Positions 37,516 to 47,705 of a stretch of 64,000 nt of DNA are shown here, piece after piece. The notes under the pieces are model-generated. The model ran no database searches, was not told the origin of the DNA, and saw only the letters and a program-made list of their open reading frames with translations. This DNA comes from Clostridiales bacterium (lineage in GTDB: Bacteria; Bacillota; Clostridia; Saccharofermentanales; Saccharofermentanaceae), in the NCBI GenBank assembly GCA_017552455.1, contig JAFZPX010000027.1, positions 59,486-123,485 of the forward strand, given 5' to 3'. The position numbers and the translations under genes are program-made. The stretch's first letter is position 1. Every line of letters begins with the position of its first letter.

Positions 37516-40500
37516 TCAGATATCCTCGGAATCGTCAAAATCCGAATCGTCATCGCCAAAATCTTCTTCACTTATGTTGCCGTCTTCGTCAGCTTCTACG
37601 AAACCGTTGTTGAACAGCTGCTGTGTATCGATCTGGCTCTCGTCGAACTGTCTTCTTGTAGCCTCATCCATCTCTGTGAGAGTCTCCTCCTCAGCAGAAT
37701 CCGTAGCTCTGTACTCCTTGTTGTCGTCTGTGTAAAGGGAGACATCAAGAGCCAAAGCCTTGAGCTCGCTCGTAAGAACGTTAAAGGACTCAGGGATACC
37801 GGAAGCAGGAACGTTCTTACCTCTGATGATTGCATCATAAGTCTTGGAACGGCCTTCGATATCATCGGACTTAACTGTAAGGATCTCCTGGAGAGTATGA
37901 GCAGCACCGTAGGCCTCGAGGGCCCAAACTTCCATCTCACCGAATCTCTGACCACCGAACTGAGCCTTACCTCCGAGAGGCTGCTGAGTAACGATGGAGT
38001 AAGGTCCGATGGAACGTGCGTGCATCTTATCGTCAACGAGGTGGTGCAGCTTCATGTAGTACATGACACCGACTGTTACTCTGTTGTCGAACGGCTCACC
38101 TGTACGTCCGTCGTAAAGGACTGTCTTACCGTCCTTATCGATACCTGCGAGCTGGAATGCATCCATGATGTCAGCCTCGTTAGCTCCATCGAATACAGGA
38201 GTAGCGATCTTCCAGTTCAAAGCCTTAGCAGCTCTACCGAGGTGAACCTCAAGGAGCTGACCGATGTTCATTCGGGAAGGAACACCGAGAGGGTTAAGGC
38301 AGATATCAAGTGTTGTACCGTCAGGCAGATAAGGCATGTCCTCTTCAGGAAGAATTCTTGAAACAACACCCTTGTTACCGTGACGACCGGCCATCTTATC
38401 ACCGATAGCCAGCTTTCTCTTCTGAGCTACATATACACGAACCATTGTGTTGACAGATGTCTTGAGGTTCGGGTTGTTATCCTTTGTGAAGACGTCAACC
38501 TGAACGACTACACCCCACTCACCGTGAGGAAGTCTCAGGGAAGTATCTCTAACTTCTCTGGCTCTGTCACCGAAGATTGCTCTGTAGAGTCTCTCCTCAG
38601 CCGTAGGATCAGTCTCACCCTTAGGAGAAACCTTACCAACGAGGATATCGCCGGCCTTAACCTCAGCACCGACACGGATGATACCGTTATCGTCGAGGTT
38701 TCTTAAAGCATCCTCAGGTACGTTAGGAACTTCTCTTGTGAGCTCCTCAGCACCGAGCTTTGTATCTCTTGCTTCGCACTCATGCTCCTCGATGTGAATG
38801 GATGTATAAACATCATCTCTTACGATTCTCTCGTTAATGAGAACAGCGTCCTCGTAGTTGTAACCTTCCCATGTTGTGAAGCCGATGAGAACGTTTCTAC
38901 CGAGAGCCAGCTCACCGTTATCTGTAGCAGGACCGTCAGCGAGTACATCGCCGGCCTTAACCTTCTCGCCCAAAGCGACGATAGGACGCTGGTTGATGCA
39001 TGTGCTCTGGTTGGATCTTCTGTACTTAGAGAGCTTATATGTATCTTCAACTCCGTCAGCTCTTGTGACCTTGATAAGATCAGCGGAAACGTAGCTTACT
39101 GTACCCTCGTTCTTTGCAACAGCGCAGACACCGGAGTCCTTAGCTGCTCTGTACTCCATACCTGTACCGATGATAGGTGCTTCAGGCTTGATAAGAGGTA
39201 CTGCCTGACGCTGCATGTTCGAGCCCATGAGAGCACGGTTAGCATCGTCGTTTCCAAGGAACGGGATAAGAGCTGTAGAAACAGATACGAGCTGCTTAGG
39301 AGATACGTCCATGTAGTCAACCTGTGAAGGGTCAAGCTGCAGGAACTCATCCTTAAATCTGCAGACGATCTTCTTCTCAACGAACTTACCGTTATCGTCG
39401 AGCTCTTCGTTTGCCTGTGCGATGTAGTAGTTATCCTCTTCGTCAGCTGTCATGTAGACAACGTCAGATGTTACGACACCGTTCTCCTTATCGTACTTTC
39501 TGTAAGGAGTCTCGATGAATCCGTACTTATTAACACGTGCATATGTTGCAAGTGATGTAATAAGACCGATGTTAGGACCTTCTGGTGTCTCGATAGGACA
39601 CATTCTTCCGTAGTGTGAAGAGTTGATGTCTCGAACTTCGAATGAAGCTCTGTCTCTGCTAAGACCGCCGGGACCCAAAGCAGAAAGTCTTCTCTTGTGA
39701 GTAAGCTCAGCAAGAGGGTTGTTCTGGTCACCGAACTGTGAAAGCTGTGAAGAACCGAAGAACTCACGGAAAGCTGCGCTAAGAGGTCTTGTGTTAACAA
39801 GCTGAGCAGCTGTGAGCTTATCGGACTCATTCTCGTCGATAGTGGACATTCTCTCACGAATGTTCTTCTCGAGTCTTGCCATACCCTGTCTCATCTGGTT
39901 CTGGAGGAGCTCACCAACGGATCTGATTCTTCTGTTACCGAGGTGGTCGATAACGTCGATGGAACCGATACCGTGACGGAGTCCGATGTAGTAAGAAACC
40001 ATAGCGTAGATATCATCTACAACGAGGGATCTGGGCATGAGCTCATTTCTTCTCTCATCGAGAGCGTACTGGAGCTCGGAAGCATATTCCTTCTTATCGT
40101 GGTTAGCTCTGATGTCATCAATGATCTCACGCAGAACGCTTACACGAACACGCTCATTGATGGGTGTATTAGCGATATCAAAGTCCTTGATATCCTTTGC
40201 AGGGAAGCTTGAACGGATAAACTTGTCGCAGTCGACTCTTCCGTTACCGACAACGATAACTGTCTTGTCCTCGTCAACCTCTTCAAGATCACCGACCTTA
40301 CGTACAGGATGAACCTTAACAGCATCGATACCTGCATCTTCGATCTCTCTTGAAAGATCAGATGTGAACTTAACACCCTTCTTAGCAAGAACCTCACCGT
40401 CAGCTGTAACAACGTCCTCAGCTGCGATGTGACCCGTGATACGGTCGGAAAGACCAAGCTTCTTATTAATCTTATAGATACCTACTCTAGCCAGATCGTA

Positions 40501-41298
40501 CTTTCTGGGATCGAAGTAGAGACCGTTCAGGTGAGAACCTGCAACCTCAGCAGAAGCGGGGTCACCCGGACGAACCTTGGAATAGAACATAACAAGAGCA
40601 TCAGATCTTGTATTACATGTATCCTTCTCCAAAGTTGTTCTGAGGCACTCCTCGTCACCGAACATATCGATGATCTGCTCGTCTGTCTCGAGGCCCAATG
40701 CTCTCAGGAAAGTTGTAAGAGGGAACTTACGTGTACGGTCTACACGAACGTTCATTACGCCGTTCTCGTCCTCTTCGAGTTCGAGCCAAGCACCTCTGTT
40801 AGGAATAATCTGTGAAGTATAGAGGATAGCATCTCTGTCCTTCTTACCTGCCTCACGGCCAAAGTAAGCTCCGGGAGATCTTACGATCTGAGAGATGATA
40901 ACTCTCTCGGCACCGTTGATAACGAATGTGCCGTGGTCCGTCATGATCGGGAAATCGCCGACATAAGCGTCCTGCTCTTTGCTCTCGCCTGTCTCTGTGT
41001 TACGCAGACGCAGCTTGATCTTCAAAGGAGCAGCGTAGTTGCTGTCCTTCTCGTGGCAGTCATCAAGTTCACATACAGGATGTGTGGGATCGAATTCTCT
41101 TCCGAGGAAATAAATCTCCCAAATACCCTGGGAATCCGTTACCGGAGATACTTCCTGGAAGATCTGCTGGATTCCTTCATCAAGGAACCAGTTGTAAGAA
41201 TCCTTCTGGATCTCGATAAGGTTGGGGACTTCAATGACTTCGTTGATACGGGAATAGGACTTGCGCTCGGTCTTGCCCTGTTTGACGGTATGAACCAT
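37516..41298 (-). CDS. rpoB: DNA-directed RNA polymerase beta subunit
   Basis: [32 protein letters not shown] and [22 protein letters not shown] before ATG 41298. Confidence 0.99.
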   Translation of the reverse strand: MVHTVKQGKTERKSYSRINEVIEVPNLIEIQKDSYNWFLDEGIQQIFQEVSPVTDSQGIWEIYFLGREFDPTHPVCELDDCHEKDSNYAAPLKIKLRLRNTETGESKEQDAYVGDFPIMTDHGTFVINGAERVIISQIVRSPGAYFGREAGKKDRDAILYTSQIIPNRGAWLELEEDENGVMNVRVDRTRKFPLTTFLRALGLETDEQIIDMFGDEECLRTTLEKDTCNTRSDALVMFYSKVRPGDPASAEVAGSHLNGLYFDPRKYDLARVGIYKINKKLGLSDRITGHIAAEDVVTADGEVLAKKGVKFTSDLSREIEDAGIDAVKVHPVRKVGDLEEVDEDKTVIVVGNGRVDCDKFIRSSFPAKDIKDFDIANTPINERVRVSVLREIIDDIRANHDKKEYASELQYALDERRNELMPRSLVVDDIYAMVSYYIGLRHGIGSIDVIDHLGNRRIRSVGELLQNQMRQGMARLEKNIRERMSTIDENESDKLTAAQLVNTRPLSAAFREFFGSSQLSQFGDQNNPLAELTHKRRLSALGPGGLSRDRASFEVRDINSSHYGRMCPIETPEGPNIGLITSLATYARVNKYGFIETPYRKYDKENGVVTSDVVYMTADEEDNYYIAQANEELDDNGKFVEKKIVCRFKDEFLQLDPSQVDYMDVSPKQLVSVSTALIPFLGNDDANRALMGSNMQRQAVPLIKPEAPIIGTGMEYRAAKDSGVCAVAKNEGTVSYVSADLIKVTRADGVEDTYKLSKYRRSNQSTCINQRPIVALGEKVKAGDVLADGPATDNGELALGRNVLIGFTTWEGYNYEDAVLINERIVRDDVYTSIHIEEHECEARDTKLGAEELTREVPNVPEDALRNLDDNGIIRVGAEVKAGDILVGKVSPKGETDPTAEERLYRAIFGDRAREVRDTSLRLPHGEWGVVVQVDVFTKDNNPNLKTSVNTMVRVYVAQKRKLAIGDKMAGRHGNKGVVSRILPEEDMPYLPDGTTLDICLNPLGVPSRMNIGQLLEVHLGRAAKALNWKIATPVFDGANEADIMDAFQLAGIDKDGKTVLYDGRTGEPFDNRVTVGVMYYMKLHHLVDDKMHARSIGPYSIVTQQPLGGKAQFGGQRFGEMEVWALEAYGAAHTLQEILTVKSDDIEGRSKTYDAIIRGKNVPASGIPESFNVLTSELKALALDVSLYTDDNKEYRATDSAEEETLTEMDEATRRQFDESQIDTQQLFNNGFVEADEDGNISEEDFGDDDSDFDDSEDI

Positions 41299-41438
41299 TA
41301 TCAAATCACCTCTTAACATGCTTCAGATGCGCATCTGAGCGGCTTTTAACAAAAGAAACGCGTTGTGGTTACCACAAAATCGCATTTCCGTCAAGTGAAA
41401 AGGGCATAATACCCCCACACCTTGCGACGCATTAAAAG

Positions 41439-41467
41439 ATTATACGCACGATGTCAAGTGTTGTCAA
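41439..41467 (-). promoter_or_regulatory. Consensus sigma-A promoter of rpoBC
   Basis: TTGACA-17-TATAAT, with a second TTGACA nested in the spacer. Confidence 0.85.
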
Positions 41468-41499
41468 TCAGAATTTTTATAGATTTGTAATGGTGTCGA

Positions 41500-43035
41500 T
41501 CAGTAAGAAAGACGCCTGATGAGGTCGTAAGCGATAAGGTATGTCGGGTTGTCCGAGAGAATATCGTTTGACCAGCTGTTTACATAACCTGTAACGAGCT
41601 GTGTTCTTGCTGTGTACATCCACTCCGGAACTACGTTCTCGAAGTAATAGATTGTTACATAAGAGCTGTCATCAGAAGGAAGAACGAGTGTATCGCCCTG
41701 TACTCTGGCCTCGTCGAAGAGCCAAGCACCGAGTGTTGTCTCTCTTTCAGTAAGAGGATATTCTTCAGAAGACTCGAATCTGGAAGCAGAAGTTCCATCG
41801 TTGTAACCGGCTGTGATGATCTCTGATACAGAATCAGAGTTTGTCTTTACTGCATCTGCGAAAGCAAGAGAATCCATAGGAGTTGCTACGATAGCATTTG
41901 CCTCAGCGATCGTCTGCTCGAGCCCTGCCTGGATGCTCTCAGGTGTAGCACCTGCTTCCTGTGCTGCTTCATTGTAGATTGTAAGTGTTCTGTAAGTAGC
42001 TGTAGCCTCGTCATTTACATGTACGTTGCCGAACATAACTGCGTAAGCACCCTGCTCTGTCTCGATGACAGTTGTGTCACCCTCAACTCTGTCCTCAGCG
42101 AAAAGGAAGTCACTCATGCCCTCTGCGATCATGTCTACAGAAGCGTTTGTGTAACCCTCAACGTGAGTGGGGTTGTAATCGTCAGAGAAGCCTGCGAGTT
42201 CTGCTGTCTCCTCACCGATAATGCCTACTACGAGGTCTGCGAAGGAATCAGAGTCTGTTGCACCGTTTACAACATCGTTGGCATGCTCAACAGCCTCAGT
42301 AACGTCGTAGTTACCTTCTTCATCCATCTCACCTGCGAAGAAATAATAATCAAAGTCTACTCTCTGATATACGAGAGGGTTTGCATCGTAAGCTGCGTTG
42401 AGCTCTTCCTCGGATACTGTGAAGAGGAACTGTCTTACATAGTTCTCGAACTCCTGTGTGAGGCACTGTCTCTCAAGGCAGTTTCTGAGAATTCTTGAAG
42501 ACATGCCCTTGCCGTAAAGCGCCTGGAGATACTGCTCAACAGAGCCAAAGCCGTAAAGCTGTGCTGTCTGTGCAGCGGACTCAAGGCTCAAATCAGCATA
42601 TCTTGTAGCACCGGAATGAGGGAGATAACCCATCTCCTCCGCTTCCTGGTTAACGATTGTGCTGTTCATAAGCTCGTTAGCAGCCTGATCGAGGATGAGC
42701 TGACGGTATGTCTTACCTGTTGTTGTGTCATAAACAGCATCCATGTCCATGGAACTGGAGATGATGCCGTAGTTCATATAAGAACTTAACACCTGATAAT
42801 AGTGGTAGTTTGTCTCGGCTACGGAGATATTGTCGATTGTCTGTGTAACGCCATCGACAGTCTTCTGGATCTTAACACCTGTCATAACCTTAGGAAGGAA
42901 TCCTGAGATATAGATGAAGAATCCGATAACGATAACAGCGAATGCGACTACAATAGCCGTAACGATCGCCTTATTCCTGCGAGCTGTCTTAATTCCGCTG
43001 TCTGCTCTCTTCTTGTCTTTAGCCATGTTCTTCAA
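41500..43035 (-). CDS. Membrane-anchored acidic foldase-like protein (SurA/PrsA-like)
   Basis: Basic N-terminus plus TM, a helical SurA-like segment and two parvulin-like units ending (W/F)LF.E.R..GDT.V. Confidence 0.6.
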   Translation of the reverse strand: MKNMAKDKKRADSGIKTARRNKAIVTAIVVAFAVIVIGFFIYISGFLPKVMTGVKIQKTVDGVTQTIDNISVAETNYHYYQVLSSYMNYGIISSSMDMDAVYDTTTGKTYRQLILDQAANELMNSTIVNQEAEEMGYLPHSGATRYADLSLESAAQTAQLYGFGSVEQYLQALYGKGMSSRILRNCLERQCLTQEFENYVRQFLFTVSEEELNAAYDANPLVYQRVDFDYYFFAGEMDEEGNYDVTEAVEHANDVVNGATDSDSFADLVVGIIGEETAELAGFSDDYNPTHVEGYTNASVDMIAEGMSDFLFAEDRVEGDTTVIETEQGAYAVMFGNVHVNDEATATYRTLTIYNEAAQEAGATPESIQAGLEQTIAEANAIVATPMDSLAFADAVKTNSDSVSEIITAGYNDGTSASRFESSEEYPLTERETTLGAWLFDEARVQGDTLVLPSDDSSYVTIYYFENVVPEWMYTARTQLVTGYVNSWSNDILSDNPTYLIAYDLIRRLSY

Positions 43036-43126
43036 GCCACCCTTTATCTATTAACATATATGCATTTGTCGTTGATTACAAAAAAGCAACGTATATTATA
43101 AGACCTTGCCATGGGTATTGCAAACT

Positions 43127-44464
43127 TTAATCCGTCTGCTCCTTGTCAGTCTTATCTTCTCCGTCTTCGCTGACCTTAGGAAGCTTATGTATAAGCACCT
43201 TCGAGATCCATCTGTCTTCTACATGAAGAACCTTGATAGACAGATTCTTATATGTAACTATCGGTTTCTCGCGCTCCTCAGGCACTCTGTCGAGGTTCTG
43301 AATCACGAGACCTGCAATAGTATCATATTCATCATCTTCGAACTCGATATCGAGAAGTCCTTCGAGATCGGAAAGTGTTGTATCACCTGCAACTATCAGA
43401 TCACCGTTCGACAGCTGGATAAGATTCTGTCTCTCCTCATCGTCGAATTCATCGGTGATGGAACCAACAAGCTCCTCGAGCATATCCTCGATAGTACAGA
43501 TACCCATCGTTCCGCCGTATTCATCGACAATAACTGCCATCTGCAGTCCGCCCTTCTTCATCTCAGAGAACAATGAGGATATCTTACGGCTCTCGTGCAC
43601 TATGAGAGGATCTCTCATAAGCTCGGACAGATCGTATGTCTCCTCGGATACACCGAGAAGGTCCTTGATATGAAGGATACCTACAATATCGTCGATCGTT
43701 CCGTTATATACAGGGATTCTTGAGTATCTTTCCTCGCTTGCGACCTTAACAGCCTCTTTATAAGTAGCATCGTCGGGGATTGCCGTGATCTTCTTTCTGT
43801 GAGTCATGATCTCGGAAACTTCCTTATCATTGAACTCGAATACGTTGTCGATCATCTCCCTCTCGGTATCCTCGATATTACCGCTCTCGGATCCGACATC
43901 GACCATCATTCTGATCTCTTCCTCGGTTACTTCCTTGTCGTTATCGTTAGGATCGATCTTGCAAAGGCGGAGTATTCCGTTGGTCGAAGCTGTGAGAAGC
44001 TTAACAAAGGGCTTCGTTATAATTCCGAAGAATCTTACGACACCATATGCTGCAAATGCCCACTTCTCAGGCTTGTTCTGAGCGATACGCTTGGGAACAA
44101 GCTCGCCGAATATAAGTGAGAAATAAGCAAGAACAATAGTAATGAGCACCGTAAACAGCGGCTCCGGCCAGCTCTTTGTTCCTGAAGGATCTACAAGAAG
44201 CGCGAGCTTGTCTGCGAAGTTGCTCGCTGCAAAAGCGGATGACAGGAATCCGGCGATAGTAACGCCGACCTGAATCGTCGCCAGGAAAGTTCCGGGGTTA
44301 TTAAGGAATACAAGCATGCGCTGGGCATTCTTGTCTCCGTCCTCGGCAAGCTTTCTCATCTTTGTGTCGTTCAAAGAGATGACCGCCATCTCGGTACCCG
44401 AGAAGAATGCGTTCACAAGAACGAAGAATGCTACTACCAGAAGACCTACGATCGTCTTAACCAT
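43127..44464 (-). CDS. HlyC/CorC (CNNM-CBS) family transporter
   Basis: NAFFS.TEMA, GELVPK, YSRIPVY, VDEYGGT.G..T.ED.LEELVG.I.DE and CorC domain. Confidence 0.92.
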   Translation of the reverse strand: MVKTIVGLLVVAFFVLVNAFFSGTEMAVISLNDTKMRKLAEDGDKNAQRMLVFLNNPGTFLATIQVGVTIAGFLSSAFAASNFADKLALLVDPSGTKSWPEPLFTVLITIVLAYFSLIFGELVPKRIAQNKPEKWAFAAYGVVRFFGIITKPFVKLLTASTNGILRLCKIDPNDNDKEVTEEEIRMMVDVGSESGNIEDTEREMIDNVFEFNDKEVSEIMTHRKKITAIPDDATYKEAVKVASEERYSRIPVYNGTIDDIVGILHIKDLLGVSEETYDLSELMRDPLIVHESRKISSLFSEMKKGGLQMAVIVDEYGGTMGICTIEDMLEELVGSITDEFDDEERQNLIQLSNGDLIVAGDTTLSDLEGLLDIEFEDDEYDTIAGLVIQNLDRVPEEREKPIVTYKNLSIKVLHVEDRWISKVLIHKLPKVSEDGEDKTDKEQTD

Positions 44465-44468
44465 ATAA

Positions 44469-45908
44469 TTACTTCATCTCAGACAGAAGCTTCTCGAGAA
44501 TGTCCTTTACTGTCTTAGGATCAGCCTTGCCGCGAAGCTCTCTCATGGACTGACCGATGAGGAACTGGATATTCTTCTCATTTCCTGCAAGATACTCGCT
44601 TACGGCCTTCTCGTTGCTCTCGATAACCTTCTTGATCGCAGGCTCGATAGCAGAAGCATCTGAAACCTGTGCAAGACCGTTCTTGTCAGCATACTCCTGA
44701 GGATCAACATCCTCTTCGAATACAGCTGTGAGGATCTTCTTACCGCTCTTACGGTTGATCTTGCCGTCGTTAACCATCGTGATGATAGTGCCGAGCTTAT
44801 CTCCGTCAAACTCCTTGTCCTCAGGTGTTACACCCTCGTCCTTATAGAGCTTGAGAAGATCTGTGAGGATCCAGTTCGCAGCATCCTTATAGTTGCCGCA
44901 CTTAGCTCCTGATGTCTCAAATACCTTAACCAAAGTAACGTTGCCTGTAATGATGTCGGCATCGTACTCAGTAAGTCCGAGCTCGCTTACGTAGCGCTCA
45001 CGCTTTGCATCAGCGAACTCAGGAAGAATAGCCTTAATGCTCTCGAGATACTCCTCAGAGATAACTACGGGCATAAGATCAGGATCCGGGAAGTACTTAT
45101 AGTCCTGAGCATCCTCCTTGGATCTCATCGCATATGTGTACTCCTTCTCGTCGTCCCATCTTCTTGTCTCCTGAACGACCTTGCCGCCGCCCTCAATGAG
45201 GTCTATCTGGCGCTCGCACTCATACTCGATAGCTCGCTCGATAGCCTTGAAGGAAGCGATGTTCTTCATTTCGGTACGTGTTCCGAACTCCTCCTGGCCT
45301 CTCGGTCTAACGGAGAGGTTAACGTCAGCTCTCATGGAGCCCTCCTGCATCTTACAGTCGGATACGCCCAGGTACTGCATGGTGTCACGGATCTTTGTAA
45401 GGTAAGCGATAACTTCCTCAGCAGATCTGAAGTCGGGCTCGGAAACAATCTCGAGCAGAGGCACGCCGCAGCGGTTGAAGTCAACGCGTGTCATACCCGT
45501 AGCCTCGTCATGAACGAGCTTGCCGGCATCCTCCTCCATGTGGATCTCGTGGATACCGATGGACTTTGTGCCGTTGCTTGTCTTGATGTCTACGTGACCG
45601 TTCCTGCAGATAGGGCAGTACAGCTGTGAGATCTGATATGCCTTAGGAAGGTCGGGATAGAAATAGTTCTTACGGTCGAACTTGTTGTTACGTGTAATGT
45701 CGCAGTTAAGCGCAAGTCCTGCCTTTACGGCGAACTCCACCACCTGCTTGTTAAGTGTAGGAAGAGTACCGGGCATTCCCGAGCAGACTTCGCACACGTG
45801 TGTATTCGGTGCACCGCCGAACTTCGTCGTGCATCCGCAGAAAATCTTTGATTCAGTCGAGAGCTCGCAGTGAACTTCAAGACCTATGACCATCTCATAA
45901 TCTTTCAT
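44469..45908 (-). CDS. gatB: Asp/Glu-tRNA amidotransferase subunit B
   Basis: IGLEVH, RKNYFYPDLPKAYQISQ, EEDAGK and RSKE.A.DY.YFPDPDL. Confidence 0.98.
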   Translation of the reverse strand: MKDYEMVIGLEVHCELSTESKIFCGCTTKFGGAPNTHVCEVCSGMPGTLPTLNKQVVEFAVKAGLALNCDITRNNKFDRKNYFYPDLPKAYQISQLYCPICRNGHVDIKTSNGTKSIGIHEIHMEEDAGKLVHDEATGMTRVDFNRCGVPLLEIVSEPDFRSAEEVIAYLTKIRDTMQYLGVSDCKMQEGSMRADVNLSVRPRGQEEFGTRTEMKNIASFKAIERAIEYECERQIDLIEGGGKVVQETRRWDDEKEYTYAMRSKEDAQDYKYFPDPDLMPVVISEEYLESIKAILPEFADAKRERYVSELGLTEYDADIITGNVTLVKVFETSGAKCGNYKDAANWILTDLLKLYKDEGVTPEDKEFDGDKLGTIITMVNDGKINRKSGKKILTAVFEEDVDPQEYADKNGLAQVSDASAIEPAIKKVIESNEKAVSEYLAGNEKNIQFLIGQSMRELRGKADPKTVKDILEKLLSEMK

Positions 45909-45920
45909 CCTGAGCCCTCC

Positions 45921-47402
45921 TTAGATTCCCTCGGCTGTCTGCTGCTCGTATGCCTTGTCTGAAGTCAGGCGCTGATACAGTGAAGTGAAGCCGAGTATTG
46001 TCTGTTCGTCAAAGTGTTTACCGATAATCTGCATTCCTACAGGAAGCTTCTCTGAAGTAAAGCCGCAAGGTACGGAGATCGCAGGTACACCCACGATATT
46101 GATGAGTACCGTGCAGATATCGCCCAGATACATCTTAAGAGGATCCGAGAGGCTCTCGCCTGCCTTAAGAGCGGCAGTAGGAGCAACAGGTCCGATAACG
46201 ACGTCGTACTTCTCGAACGCCTCGTCAAAGGCCTTCTTGATCAGAGCCTTCGCCTGCAAAGCCTTGTTGTAGTAAGCATCGTAGTATCCCGAAGACAGAA
46301 CGAAGTTACCGAGCATGATTCTTCTTTTAACTTCCATGCCGAAGCCTTCAGATCTGGACTTGATGTAAAGGTCCATCAGGTCATCAACGTCATCAGGAGC
46401 GTAGCCGTACTTGATACCGTCATATCTGGACAGGTTCGAGCAAGCCTCCGCACAGCAGATGATGTAATAAGTCGGGATAGCGTAGTCCATGATGGGCATA
46501 GGGAAAGTCTCGACCTTAGCTCCGTTATCTTCGAAAAGCTTAACGGCATCCATAACAGCCTTTCTTACATCCTCATCCATACCCTCTGCGAAATACTGCT
46601 CCGGAAGACCTATAGTCTTGCCCTTGCAGTCGAAATTCTTTATAGCCTCGAGGTCTACCTTCGAGGAGGAAGCGGAAGACTGATCCTTGGGATCCTCGCC
46701 GCTTATAACGTTAAGCATGTAGGCTACGTCGAGAGCATCACGGCCCATGGGACCGATCTGATCGAGTGAAGAACCGAATGCTACGAGACCGTAACGGGAA
46801 ACCTTGCCGTAAGTAGGCTTAAGACCTGTGATACCGCAGAATGAAGCTGGCTGTCTGATCGATCCGCCCGTATCTGAACCAAGAGAAATAGGAGCGAGTC
46901 TGCCTGCTACGCAAGCAGCAGAACCGCCTGATGAACCGCCGGGAACACGGTTGTCGCCCCAAGGGTTAACAGTGGGACCGAAGTAGCTGGTCTCTGTTGT
47001 GGATCCCATGGCGAACTCGTCCATGTTTGTCTTACCGAGGATGACCATACCCTCTTCCTTGATCTTCCTTACCGCTGTTGCATCGTAAGGAGGGTTGAAG
47101 TTATGGAGCATCTTGGATCCGCATGTCGTTAGGATCCCGTCTGTACACATATTGTCCTTGACGGCTACGGGAACACCTGCGAAGTCTCCCGTAAGCTCGC
47201 CGGAAGCTATCTTCTCATCGATGTTCTTGGCATCGGCGATAGCATCCTCTTCTCTAACAGTAATATAAGAGTTGAGCTTGCCGTCGAGAGCCTTGATAGC
47301 ATCAAGATAAGCTCTGGTAGCTTCTTGCGAAGTAGTCTTCTTTTCTTTAATGGCTTTTCCGAGTTCGAGCGCGGAAAGCTTTAAGATCTGTGCTGAATCC
47401 AT
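45921..47402 (-). CDS. gatA: Asp/Glu-tRNA amidotransferase subunit A
   Basis: GKTNMDEFAMGS, PGGSSGGSAA, GSDTGGSIRQPA and EVKRRIMLG. Confidence 0.98.
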   Translation of the reverse strand: MDSAQILKLSALELGKAIKEKKTTSQEATRAYLDAIKALDGKLNSYITVREEDAIADAKNIDEKIASGELTGDFAGVPVAVKDNMCTDGILTTCGSKMLHNFNPPYDATAVRKIKEEGMVILGKTNMDEFAMGSTTETSYFGPTVNPWGDNRVPGGSSGGSAACVAGRLAPISLGSDTGGSIRQPASFCGITGLKPTYGKVSRYGLVAFGSSLDQIGPMGRDALDVAYMLNVISGEDPKDQSSASSSKVDLEAIKNFDCKGKTIGLPEQYFAEGMDEDVRKAVMDAVKLFEDNGAKVETFPMPIMDYAIPTYYIICCAEACSNLSRYDGIKYGYAPDDVDDLMDLYIKSRSEGFGMEVKRRIMLGNFVLSSGYYDAYYNKALQAKALIKKAFDEAFEKYDVVIGPVAPTAALKAGESLSDPLKMYLGDICTVLINIVGVPAISVPCGFTSEKLPVGMQIIGKHFDEQTILGFTSLYQRLTSDKAYEQQTAEGI

Positions 47403-47417
47403 TATTCTTTCCTCCGC

Positions 47418-47705
47418 TTAATCGAACGTCCTGGGAACAAGGATCGTCTCTTCGTCCTTACGGGCTGCATTGCCGATGATCTTGTCCCTCATGTCGCCGT
47501 TTGTTACAACATCTTCGCGAACCACGTTTGTTCTTCCGAATACATGGCTCAACGGCTCAACACCTGTGGTGTCGAGCTCGTTCAACTTATCGATATAACC
47601 CATGATGGAGCTTAAGTCCTTCATGGTCTTCTGCCTGTCTTCTTCAGAAAGGCGAATGCGTCCGAGTTTCTGTAGATAATCGATCAGTTCCTCAGTTATC
47701 TGCAT
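47418..47705 (-). CDS. gatC: Asp/Glu-tRNA amidotransferase subunit C
   Basis: L.ELDT.GVEP..H...N..RED motif and position upstream of gatA. Confidence 0.93.
   Translation of the reverse strand: MQITEELIDYLQKLGRIRLSEEDRQKTMKDLSSIMGYIDKLNELDTTGVEPLSHVFGRTNVVREDVVTNGDMRDKIIGNAARKDEETILVPRTFD

Noticed and set aside
43127-44464. Hemolysin/toxin
   Set aside because: The CNNM-CBS-CorC architecture indicates a Mg/Co transport-related housekeeping protein.
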